Assembly (NCBI GenBank): GCA_963827685.1 | Contig: CAWHBU010000002.1 | Span: 1,184,001 to 1,248,000, forward strand | DNA from: an uncultured delta proteobacterium | GTDB lineage: Bacteria; Desulfobacterota; BSN033; UBA1163 | DNA: 64,000 nucleotides | Reading direction: 5' to 3' | Made by a program: the position numbers and the translations under genes | Shown: one piece after another, positions 49,198-58,175 of the stretch | How the letters are laid out: each line of letters opens with the position of its first letter | Numbering within the stretch: the stretch's first letter is position 1 | The notes under the pieces: model-generated | The model's input: the letters and a program-made list of their open reading frames with translations, nothing else | What the model was told of the DNA's origin: nothing | The model's database searches: none

Positions 49198-49671
49198 TTC
49201 TTTTACCTCAAGAAGAAAAAATCACTCTCCATTTTCATTACCATAATTTTCCCTCCAGATGCAAGCACCGGTTTTCCTCTCGCCGCCCCCACTCAAATGC
49301 ATCGACTTCCTTCAATGCGCAACGTACACTACGGACAGTTGCCTCCCATAAGTATATTGGTATAGGGTGTGTACTCCTCGCTTATTGGGATTTGATTTAT
49401 CCAAAATCTTCCCAAGAGGATAAGACCTCTCCCTTTTTATGCCAAACATTTTATACCATAACCTGTCCGCCGAACAAGTTCTTCGGCAGGCGGGGGCTTC
49501 GGGCGGGTCATCCGCCAGTTAGAGTAAGCGACATCGGCCGCAGCACTTCGAATTGCATTCATCCACATGTGAAACCCGTCCCGGGCGCTGAGGCGCTCCG
49601 CCTGCCTGCGCGAAGTCCCGCGCTTGCGGGACGAAGGCAGGACGCACAGGCCTGGTCTTCTGGAAACGCGG

Positions 49672-49747
49672 ACAAAAAAAAGCCCTACATATCCTCTCCA
49701 TTTGGGTGGGGTTTGGATGGTGGGAGTCAGAGAATATATAGGGCTTA
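49672..49747 (-). terminator. Long-stem intrinsic terminator after the cytochrome operon
   Basis: Minus strand AAGCCCTATATATTCTCT...AGAGGATATGTAGGGC followed by a T run. Confidence 0.7.
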
Positions 49748-49939
49748 AGAACTTAGATTATTGTTTTAGGCAGGGAGTCGGGTGCACAAAACCTCCGATG
49801 TTCGCAGTCTCCCATTCTAAGCAGTCATCAGTCCTTTTTAAAAATACCTCCTCTTCAAATCGAAGTGTTTTTTTCTTTCTTCTTCGGATAGAATCTATGT
49901 CGCTCACTCAGGCTTACTGCCACAACAAAGAATCCCCTC

Positions 49940-50773
49940 TTACGTTCCCTTCCAATTTTTAATGGTTTCATTGAAACTTTGAACGATACCATAGAAGCGC
50001 CGAATGAATGGGCCTTTCTCTCCTTCTTCCTGATGGATAGGATAGACCCTTCCACCTCTCACGGCTGCCGCCTCGGCAAACTCCTTCAGTTCTCCTTTTG
50101 GTTGAGCCTTGATCCTCTCGAGCTCCATCCCATGCTCCTCCTCCATTTCATGTTCAGTGAGGTCCCCTGTGATCCAGGCCCAACTCATAGGGTAGACATC
50201 GGGATTGAAAACGACAGAATAAAAATGCCAGACGATGATGGTGAGGGTAGCTAAGACTGCCTCATAGAAATGGATTGCCTGGGCAACATCCCAAGTCCAC
50301 ATGGGAAAATACATCAACCATTCCGTTTTAAACCAAAGGATAAAGCCTGTAACAGTCATAACAATCGTTCCCCAGATCAAGCCCAGGTATTCCAACTTCT
50401 CCCGGAAATTGAAGCGAGGCATTTTGAGCGCTTTGGCCGGCCGGTTGATGAAGAGATTGTTCTTCAACGTCTCCCAGAGGTCTTTGGCATCTTTCAACCC
50501 TGGGATCATATCCTTTGCAATTCCTCTCCCCCTCTCCGTGAAGGCTAAGTACAAGAGGTGATAGCCCCCCAGGAAAACCGTAGCCACACCACACAGGCGA
50601 TGCAAAAAACCTCGAAGGGTCATTCCCAAAGGAGCATCGGTGATGGGAGAAACCCAGAAGGCGGTCGAATAGCTTAGAGCAAAACCTGTGATAACCAGGA
50701 GCGTAAAATTCACGGCAAGATTGAGATGCTGCATTCTCTCATTCAATGTCATTCTGAGGTATCCCTTTGTCAT
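49940..50773 (-). CDS. Di-heme cytochrome b (FdnI/HyaC-like), CbcL-type membrane subunit
   Basis: ERMQH, LHRLCG, EKLEYLGLIWG, IHFYEAVLA..VWHFY, EEEH. Confidence 0.88.
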   Translation of the reverse strand: MTKGYLRMTLNERMQHLNLAVNFTLLVITGFALSYSTAFWVSPITDAPLGMTLRGFLHRLCGVATVFLGGYHLLYLAFTERGRGIAKDMIPGLKDAKDLWETLKNNLFINRPAKALKMPRFNFREKLEYLGLIWGTIVMTVTGFILWFKTEWLMYFPMWTWDVAQAIHFYEAVLATLTIIVWHFYSVVFNPDVYPMSWAWITGDLTEHEMEEEHGMELERIKAQPKGELKEFAEAAAVRGGRVYPIHQEEGEKGPFIRRFYGIVQSFNETIKNWKGT

Positions 50774-50793
50774 GGCGGTCTACTCCTTGCTTT

Positions 50794-52074
50794 TTAATGT
50801 GCCCGGTCAATCGTCTTTCTCAACCAATCCATAAAGTTAAAGAATGTCAATCCTCCGATGACAGCGACTATTAGTAAAATGTAGACAATCCTCACCCATC
50901 CAACCACCTTCTCCCCAAAATCTTCTCCGGTGATCGAGGCAACGGCATGCATCTTTCCTTTTGCAAAGTTCTCCGAGGCTCCGGGGTGACAGGTTCCACA
51001 GGTCTTTTGCAAATTATCTTTGTGGATCATAGATTTTGGATCTGAAGAAGGTCGGATATCATGGACTCCATGACAACTGGCACAGTGTGCCGAATAGGTA
51101 TCTCCCCCACGATAAGAAAGGCCATGAAAACTATCATAATAGGATTTGACTGGTGTTGTAGTGATCTTATATTCTCTTGAAATTCGCTCTGCTGCATGGC
51201 ACTGTGGGCAGGTGGTTAAGGCGATTCTCTTCTCATTGACCGGAGAATCGGGGTCTACCTTCGCTTTAATTCCGTGGAAACCATGACAAGTCGTACAGGT
51301 GGGAGAATCACTTCTTCCCCTTGCCGCAAGAACTCCATGGACACTCTCTGTAAATTGTTTGGTAATATCTGGATGGCACCCCCCACAGGTCTGGGGAATG
51401 TTCGATCGGAAGATCGTTGATTTGGGATCGATGAGGGATCTCAGGCTACTATGACTCCCATGGCAACTCGTGCAGGTCACCTCGCCCGATTTTCCATGGA
51501 CACTTTTTCTAAATTCCTCTTTAGGTATAGCCTCCCCTAATCCATGCTCTTTGACAAATCCCAAATCTGAATGACAGCGATTACATGTCTTGTCAATGTT
51601 GGAAAGGTAGGTCATGGATTTTGCATTCTTACTTGGGAGTATATTATGTTTTCCGTGGCAATCATAACAACTCGCTGCCCTCTCCGTCCCCTTCATGATC
51701 ATCTTGGAATGGAGGCCCTGCAAGTATTCTTTCTCCGCCTTCTCGTGGCAAGTGGCACAGTTTACCCTTTTGTCCGCCGCCTTCTGCCCACCCTCGGCAT
51801 GCTTGTCATCTTTAATATGGGTGTGGCAATCTGAACAGGACAATTTCCTGTGAACCGAATTTTTAAAACCTGACTCTGAAACAAAAAGAGCGATACTCTT
51901 GCCACGAGCATCTTGCTTTTTTAGCGACTCGTCTTGATGACAGCCAAGGCAGAAGGAATTGTCGGCCCAAGCCGCTCCTGTCATCCACCCCAGGATCAGC
52001 CCCAAGATCAGAAAGACAGGAAGCCCCCCCCCGATGATCCTCCAAGCCCTACCACCATCTTCTCTCCGTTTCAT
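50794..52074 (-). CDS. Multiheme cytochrome c, 11 CxxCH, C-terminal membrane anchor
   Basis: Counted CLGCH, CSDCH, CATCH, CYDCH, CNRCH, CTSCH, CGGCH, CTTCH, CPQCH, CASCH, CGTCH. Signal peptide present. Confidence 0.95.
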   Translation of the reverse strand: MKRREDGGRAWRIIGGGLPVFLILGLILGWMTGAAWADNSFCLGCHQDESLKKQDARGKSIALFVSESGFKNSVHRKLSCSDCHTHIKDDKHAEGGQKAADKRVNCATCHEKAEKEYLQGLHSKMIMKGTERAASCYDCHGKHNILPSKNAKSMTYLSNIDKTCNRCHSDLGFVKEHGLGEAIPKEEFRKSVHGKSGEVTCTSCHGSHSSLRSLIDPKSTIFRSNIPQTCGGCHPDITKQFTESVHGVLAARGRSDSPTCTTCHGFHGIKAKVDPDSPVNEKRIALTTCPQCHAAERISREYKITTTPVKSYYDSFHGLSYRGGDTYSAHCASCHGVHDIRPSSDPKSMIHKDNLQKTCGTCHPGASENFAKGKMHAVASITGEDFGEKVVGWVRIVYILLIVAVIGGLTFFNFMDWLRKTIDRAH

Positions 52075-52499
52075 GCTGGAACCCTCCTTGGAATGAGGAA
52101 AGGGAAAAACCCTCCTTTTAAATTCTCTCTCTCAATCTTTTCAAAAGCACACTCCACTGCCGACTTGATCTCTTCCAGATCAACTGGTTTCATGGCTTGA
52201 TAGAAGATCCCTGCCCCTCGGAGACGTTTCACCAGCCCGATAGAGAGATCTGAAGAGATGACGATGACCTGGATCTTATCATCAATCTTCTTAAAGAGGG
52301 GGACTAAGTCACAAGCCTTCACTCCTTCCATCTCATCCTCAAGGAGGGCGACATGGATGCTTCCTTTTCGAACCTTCCGAATCATCTCACTCACCATCTT
52401 TGCCGTTTCGACCCTGTAACCAATGCCATGGAAAAAAGTGGAGAGTGATTTGGCCCAAACATCATCCTGATATGCAATGAGGATCGTTTTCGATTTCAT
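52071..52499 (-). CDS. Atypical single-domain response regulator
   Basis: Receiver pattern ILIAYQDD, GYRVET, VIVISS, KP; acidic pocket non-canonical. Confidence 0.75.
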   Translation of the reverse strand: MKSKTILIAYQDDVWAKSLSTFFHGIGYRVETAKMVSEMIRKVRKGSIHVALLEDEMEGVKACDLVPLFKKIDDKIQVIVISSDLSIGLVKRLRGAGIFYQAMKPVDLEEIKSAVECAFEKIERENLKGGFFPFLIPRRVPA

Positions 52500-52543
52500 A
52501 TTAAACTCCTCCTCAATCAGGCATCCTTATTCTTCCAATCTTC

Positions 52544-52798
52544 CTATGTCGCCCGGATAGGTATGTTTCCCCGGCGAGAAGAAGAGAACGCCGTTCCTAC
52601 GAAAGAGGAAAAGAGAATTCCAGCGGGGATCAATTGGGCTAAAACCACGATGATACCTCCGGTGAAGAAAAAACAGACTCCTAAGAGTCCGATTCCCCTG
52701 ATCCCTCCCGCATAAGCAATTCCTAAAATGACCAACGTAATCGCCAAGACCAAGATTAAGCTTAAAAGGATTAAAATATTTCTCATTTTCCCAAGCAT
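52544..52798 (-). CDS. Small membrane protein (QLIP motif)
   Basis: IIVVLAQLIPAGILFSSFVG. Confidence 0.7.
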   Translation of the reverse strand: MLGKMRNILILLSLILVLAITLVILGIAYAGGIRGIGLLGVCFFFTGGIIVVLAQLIPAGILFSSFVGTAFSSSRRGNIPIRAT

Positions 52799-52813
52799 TG
52801 TTTTTTTCAGCTC

Positions 52814-53119
52814 CTATTTTTTAACAGGTGCCGGCTCAATTCCAGGGAGTACAGCTTTCTCTTCCGTTACCACTTCCCCGGTTTCTCTTTTGCGTTTGAA
52901 GACCATGCTTGAAGAGGTTCCGATGAAAGAGAAGAAGAGAATTGCTGCTGGAACGAATTGAAGGAGGATAATCACGGCCCCAATGATGATGAAAATCCAG
53001 AGGGCAATTCCAGCATCTTTCAGGTTGATAGACCGTGCAAATGCTGGCGTAGCCATCATAGCCATAGTGATCAGCCCGGCCATCGATCCAGCGAACCAAG
53101 GTTTTATTGTTTTTAACAT
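52814..53119 (-). CDS. Small membrane protein (QFVP motif), paralog of the previous gene
   Basis: Signal-like PAFA, VIILLQFVPAAILFFSFIG. Confidence 0.7.
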   Translation of the reverse strand: MLKTIKPWFAGSMAGLITMAMMATPAFARSINLKDAGIALWIFIIIGAVIILLQFVPAAILFFSFIGTSSSMVFKRKRETGEVVTEEKAVLPGIEPAPVKK

Positions 53120-53158
53120 ACCTCATCCCCCCTTTCTAATGGGCAGAGCTTTCAATAT

Positions 53159-53175
53159 TGCATTTCATATGCCAA
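53159..53175 (-). promoter_or_regulatory. sigma54 (-24/-12) promoter of the cytochrome operon
   Basis: TTGGCATATGAAATGCA, with an AT-rich region upstream and an NtrC-type activator gene nearby. Confidence 0.8.
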
Positions 53176-53370
53176 CGTGAAACTTAAAAACATATTTGAT
53201 TTAACTATTTGAAATTATTAATTTTTACTAAATTATTTGAAGAACGCTTTGAGGCAAAATGTATATTCTAAATATACAATTTTTAGGAACAAAATGAGCA
53301 AAAATTCACTAATTAATAGAATTGACTGATTTACTTGAAGAATAAAAAAAATATGCAGTTTAATATCCAA

Positions 53371-53655
53371 TCAGAATCCTAACGTCCGAGCTAAGATTGT
53401 AAAGGCAATAATGGGAATTAGCCAACAGAAAAAAGCAATTATAAAACAAAGACTTACATCATCTGTCTCGATCCTTTTTACCTCTCCATATCTGACAATT
53501 AAGATCGTTCCAAGGGCAGCAATCCCTACCACAACAATTGACCAACCCACAATCAACCATTTAAAAAAATCTGACAAGAGAAGCTCCTTGCTTTCCGTGA
53601 TTCGTGCTCGTGGTTCGTGACCGAAAGGACCATCCCTTTTTAACTCATAACTCAA
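53371..53655 (-). CDS. Small two-TM hypothetical protein
   Basis: AGGAG RBS, two hydrophobic segments. Confidence 0.55.
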   Translation of the reverse strand: MSYELKRDGPFGHEPRARITESKELLLSDFFKWLIVGWSIVVVGIAALGTILIVRYGEVKRIETDDVSLCFIIAFFCWLIPIIAFTILARTLGF

Positions 53656-53667
53656 AACTCCTGACTC

Positions 53668-55071
53668 TCAACTCTCTCCCCTCGCTCGGAGGTTGTATTT
53701 TCTCATCAGGGCTTGAAAATTTGGCCGCAGCATTCCTACCTCTTCAGCCGCTCTGGTGACATTCCATTGATGGCGCTCTAAGGCATTTAGGACAAACGCC
53801 CTTTCAATCTCCTCAACCGCCTTTTCCCTCATCTGCTTCTTAATCTCTTTTAGCTCTTCACTCGTCACGGGGATTTGATTCTCCAAAATTTCTTTTTCTT
53901 GTTGACCCGGGAGAATGAGATGCTCCACTCTCACCATCTCATCGTCGATCATCACCACAGTCCGTTCGATCACATTCTCCAGCTCTCGAATGTTTCCTGG
54001 CCATGGATACCTCATCATTTTTTCCATGGCTTCGGGGGTAAACCCTTTGATCGCCTTTCCCATCTCTTCAGCATATTTCTTGAGAAAATGGACGGCCAAG
54101 AGGGGAATGTCTTCTTGACGTTCTTTCAAAGTTGGAAGAGAGATGGGAACAATATTCAATCGGTAATAGAGATCTTCCCTAAAGACCTCTTCTTTGATCA
54201 TCTTTTCGAGATCTTTGTTGGTGGCAGCAATCAACCGAATGTCCACCTTTTTGGCCTTGGTCCCTCCCACGGGGGTGAACTCTCTTTCTTGCAAGACCCT
54301 GAGGAGTTTCGCTTGAATAGATAAGCTGATATTCCCAACTTCATCGAGGAAGACCGTCCCTCCATCCGCCACTTCAAAAAGCCCCGGCTTGGTGGTGACG
54401 GCACCGGTGAAAGAACCCCTGATGTGGCCGAACAATTCGCTTTCCAAGAGATTCTCTGAAAGAACAGCACAGTCCACCGGCACAAATTGTTTCTCTCTTC
54501 TTGGACTGTTGAAATGAATGGCCCGAGCGATGAGTTCCTTTCCTGTCCCGCTCTGACCATAGATTAAGACCGTACTGTCGGTCACAGCCACTTTGGCAAT
54601 GATCCGGTAGATCTCCTGCATCTTCTTGCTCTTTCCCACAATGTTATGGAACCCATACTTTTCCTGCAACTCCTGACGCAGGTATATATTCTCCAGCATA
54701 AGGTTCTTCTTCTCAATCGCCTTTTTCACCACAATGGAGACCTCATCAGGCGTAAACGGCTTGGGGATGTAATCGAAGGCTCCCAATTTCATAGCCTCCA
54801 CTGCGGTTTCAACAGTAGAAAAACCGGTGATCATAATGATGATTGAATCGGGATACTCCTTACGAAATGTCCTCAGAACCTCCATGCCATCAATCCCCGG
54901 CATCTTGAGGTCGGTGATGACAATATCGAAAGGGTTGGCCTTCATTTTTTCAAAGGCTTCTTTTCCGCTCAGGGCGGCTTCCACCTCATACCCCTCCTCA
55001 TCCAGAATCCGCTTGCAACTCTCGCAAACGATCATTTCATCATCAACAACTAAAATTCTTGGCACGGACAC
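53668..55071 (-). CDS. NtrC-family sigma54-dependent response regulator
   Basis: Receiver, GQSGTGKE, ESELFGH, GSFTGA, FREDLYYRLN, WPGNIRELEN, Fis HTH. Confidence 0.97.
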   Translation of the reverse strand: MSVPRILVVDDEMIVCESCKRILDEEGYEVEAALSGKEAFEKMKANPFDIVITDLKMPGIDGMEVLRTFRKEYPDSIIIMITGFSTVETAVEAMKLGAFDYIPKPFTPDEVSIVVKKAIEKKNLMLENIYLRQELQEKYGFHNIVGKSKKMQEIYRIIAKVAVTDSTVLIYGQSGTGKELIARAIHFNSPRREKQFVPVDCAVLSENLLESELFGHIRGSFTGAVTTKPGLFEVADGGTVFLDEVGNISLSIQAKLLRVLQEREFTPVGGTKAKKVDIRLIAATNKDLEKMIKEEVFREDLYYRLNIVPISLPTLKERQEDIPLLAVHFLKKYAEEMGKAIKGFTPEAMEKMMRYPWPGNIRELENVIERTVVMIDDEMVRVEHLILPGQQEKEILENQIPVTSEELKEIKKQMREKAVEEIERAFVLNALERHQWNVTRAAEEVGMLRPNFQALMRKYNLRARGES

Positions 55072-55651
55072 TTCTTATTCCTCCCCACCGTTAGGATATA
55101 AGTCCTCATCATCTTAGCATAAATGGCACAGGTATTAAAGAAGCTGACCAAGCTCGTTCCAAGTACAACCCATGCCCAATGAAGCTTAAATATGCTTTTT
55201 CCCTTCAATGCTACCACCTGCAACTTGCTTCAGAATGACAAACATTCCTCCTCATTTACTCAAGGAAGCATAAATATCTTCCCTTATATTCGATTTTCCA
55301 AAAAATGTCGAGTTAAAAACAGAAAGCGCTTTGTGGAATCAATAAGGTTGATCCGTCTGAAATTTTCAATTAGGTCTATTTGTGACTGAAAAGCTCTTCA
55401 GACTCAATGTGGCTTAAGGAAATGGCCGAAGAGAAAGGAGTGGATGAGTCTTGAATCGTTGCTTATTTTTTGAATAGTGAATTCCAGAAAAATTGAGGTT
55501 TATTATTTATGAAATGCTCTTTAAAAAATTAAGAAATGATTTTCCGACCCTTCTTTCTCAGAATAGTTAAACACGAGTGGAGCGAATCCGTTTCAACGAC
55601 CCGTCGGATGCCACAATTCTTTATAATGCTACGCTCTTGTTTTTCATTTTT

Positions 55652-57547
55652 TCATTCCCGTTCCTTCATTCTGTGCGGGCGTGTCAAATTCTCTGGCTTC
55701 ATAAATTCCTTCCATTCTCCTTCTGTCATTAGCTTTCGTTTCAGAACTATTTCTTTAACGCTGCGACCTGTTTCCAATACGTCTTTAACAATCTCTGAAG
55801 CTTTTTTGTAGGTGATTATAGGGATTAAGAAAGTAGCCAATCCGGGACTTTCCTCCACTCTTTTCCGAAGATTTTCTTTTTCTTTTTCGCTTACCGTGAC
55901 GTCCTTTATATGATCCGCCAGAATCCTTGTTGCACGAGTCAACATTTCTAACGATTGAAAAATGTTAAAACCAATAATGGGTTCGAAAGCGTTGAGTTGC
56001 AGTTGACCGGCTTCAGCCGCCATGGTGACAGTCAAATCATTTCCGATAACCTGAAAGGCGACTTGATTCACTACTTCAGGAATGACAGGATTAACTTTGC
56101 CAGGCATAATCGATGAACCCGCTTGGACCGTGGGGAGTTTAAGATCACCAAAACCGGCTCTGGGTCCGCTATTCAATAATCTCAAGTCGTTGCAAATCTT
56201 AGACAATTTAACGGCAAGTCGTTTCAGTACACTGGAGAATAAAACAAAAGCCCCTGTATCCCATGTAGCTTCCACGAAATCTTTTGCTGGCCTGAGATTA
56301 ATATCATCGATATGGACGTCATTTTTTATAATGTTGTTAAGTTGATTTATTACCTTCGCGCAATACATTTCGTCGGCCGTCACGCCAGTACCGATAGCTG
56401 TCCCTCCCAAATTGATTTGTTCAAAGAGTTTAGCTGCGCCGTCAAGTTTATCAACATCCTCCTCAATCGTTTCAGCAAAAGCTCCAAATTCCTGCCCGAG
56501 AGTCATGGGAACGGCGTCTTGGAGTTGCGTCCGCCCCATTTTAATTATATCTCTAAACTCTTTCGCTTTCTCTCTGAATTTTTCTATAAGATATCCCATT
56601 GCCCTCGTCAGATCTTTATAGGTTAACACTATTGTTAAACGAATAGCGGTAGGATATACATCATTGGTAGATTGACACATATTAACATGGTCATTGGGAT
56701 CAACAATTACTCCATTACTTCTCGGATAACCAAGAATTTCCTGCGCACGTTTCGCAATCACCTCATTTGCATTCATATTAGTGGATGTTCCAGCACCGCC
56801 TTGTATTACATCGACAACAAATTGACTAAGCAAAAAAGAGTTTCCCTGAATGATTTCGTTACAAGCATGAATAATAGCTTCGGCTCTGCTCAATTTTTTT
56901 TTAGGGTTTGGCTCATTTTTCATGTCCTCCGAGTCTTCATTGGCTCTAGCAGCTGCTTTTTTTATCATGGCTAGACTTCGGATTAGCGAAGGAAAATGAG
57001 ATAAACCGATACCCGTTATACAAAAGTTTCTCTTGGCCAATTCTGTTTGGGCACCATAATAAGCATTAATGGGTATTTCCAAGAATTGGCCTTCATGTAT
57101 CGGATGTTCTACTTTTCGCATCTCGCCAATTGAAAGACACTTAAGACGACTGAAAGCGATATGAGCAACCTGTTTGAAGATTTTATTGGCTATATCTCTC
57201 TCGTCTATCAGAAACTTTTCAATATCCCGTCTTCTCCACCATAGCACTGTGCTATCGAGTACTGCTCGACACGAAACAGTGTGAGGTTTATCCGGTTCAA
57301 ACAGCACCCCTTCACCAACGATCTCATTTTTAAAAAGGCGTGCAACATGTTCTTCTTTGCCTCCTTTCCCCCTAAAAAGATCAAGCTCGCCATCTTTGAT
57401 AATAAGCAACCCTCTTCGTGCTTTACCTTCTTCAATTTCACAAGAAATCTCTCCTAGCCTACAATTCCTTTCCACAATATGTTTTGCTACTTTTTCTATT
57501 TGATCTCCTGTCAGATTAGGAAAAACATATCTCAAAGTATCTTTCAT
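55652..57547 (-). CDS. aspA: Aspartate ammonia-lyase with N-terminal cNMP-binding-like domain
   Basis: YYGAQT, QGGAGTSTNMNANEV, GRTQLQDAVP, GSSIMPGKVNP, EAGQLQLN. The first ~140 aa are Crp-like (IIKDGEL...GE). Confidence 0.9.
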   Translation of the reverse strand: MKDTLRYVFPNLTGDQIEKVAKHIVERNCRLGEISCEIEEGKARRGLLIIKDGELDLFRGKGGKEEHVARLFKNEIVGEGVLFEPDKPHTVSCRAVLDSTVLWWRRRDIEKFLIDERDIANKIFKQVAHIAFSRLKCLSIGEMRKVEHPIHEGQFLEIPINAYYGAQTELAKRNFCITGIGLSHFPSLIRSLAMIKKAAARANEDSEDMKNEPNPKKKLSRAEAIIHACNEIIQGNSFLLSQFVVDVIQGGAGTSTNMNANEVIAKRAQEILGYPRSNGVIVDPNDHVNMCQSTNDVYPTAIRLTIVLTYKDLTRAMGYLIEKFREKAKEFRDIIKMGRTQLQDAVPMTLGQEFGAFAETIEEDVDKLDGAAKLFEQINLGGTAIGTGVTADEMYCAKVINQLNNIIKNDVHIDDINLRPAKDFVEATWDTGAFVLFSSVLKRLAVKLSKICNDLRLLNSGPRAGFGDLKLPTVQAGSSIMPGKVNPVIPEVVNQVAFQVIGNDLTVTMAAEAGQLQLNAFEPIIGFNIFQSLEMLTRATRILADHIKDVTVSEKEKENLRKRVEESPGLATFLIPIITYKKASEIVKDVLETGRSVKEIVLKRKLMTEGEWKEFMKPENLTRPHRMKERE

Positions 57548-57872
57548 AACCGCTTCCTATTGCCTAATAATCACTAACTATTGGCAATTCGCCAGCATCC
57601 AGCACTAATATACAGCAAAGGAATTTAACAGATTCGACTCCTACGTTCTTCATGCTATGGGACTCCACGCATAGGTTTGCAAACGAATTCGTTAGGTCCC
57701 AATATATGTCTTTCTTCCAATTCATTAATAGTGACCTGGAGATTGAATTTAAGCTTCGGTAATAAGATTTTTCATAGAGGGAGATGGCTTTGGGTACTGC
57801 CCGTGGCTGCGGAAATTATCAATGGATCAAACCTACCTGTTTACTTTCCTCATTTATAGGTAATAAAAGTGC

Positions 57873-58163
57873 TTAGCCTCCCGAAACTGGAACAAATAGA
57901 TCAATCTGATCTTCATGGCAAAGTTTTGTTCCACGTATTTTCTGGGGCGAAACAACTGCATGATTAATAAAAATATTTATTTGAGAATCCAGAATTTCTT
58001 TTTTGAAAAAAAACCTTTTAAAACGGTCCCCAAATCGCCTTGATAGAATCCATAGTAATTCTTCCAAAGACCCCAATTCCAAGCATACTTCATCCGATTC
58101 CTTCCCAGTAATTTCTCTTAAGATACCGTAAAAATTGACGTGAACCACTTTATCTTCAGGCAT
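57873..58163 (-). CDS. MoaD/ThiS-family sulfur carrier
   Basis: C-terminal PVSGG, downstream of AOR. Confidence 0.88.
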   Translation of the reverse strand: MPEDKVVHVNFYGILREITGKESDEVCLELGSLEELLWILSRRFGDRFKRFFFKKEILDSQINIFINHAVVSPQKIRGTKLCHEDQIDLFVPVSGG

Positions 58164-58175
58164 GTTTCAAGAATT

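Noticed and set aside
49815-49860. Fluoride riboswitch (CTGATGAC on the minus strand)
   Set aside because: The 5' GATG-containing helix is missing and no fluoride-related gene follows.
49758-49910. 49-codon minus-strand ORF after the cytochrome b gene
   Set aside because: No clear RBS, a competing short frame, and no motif support.
55124-55140. sigma54 promoter TGGCACAGG
   Set aside because: No GC at -12, and it points away from the adjacent regulator gene.
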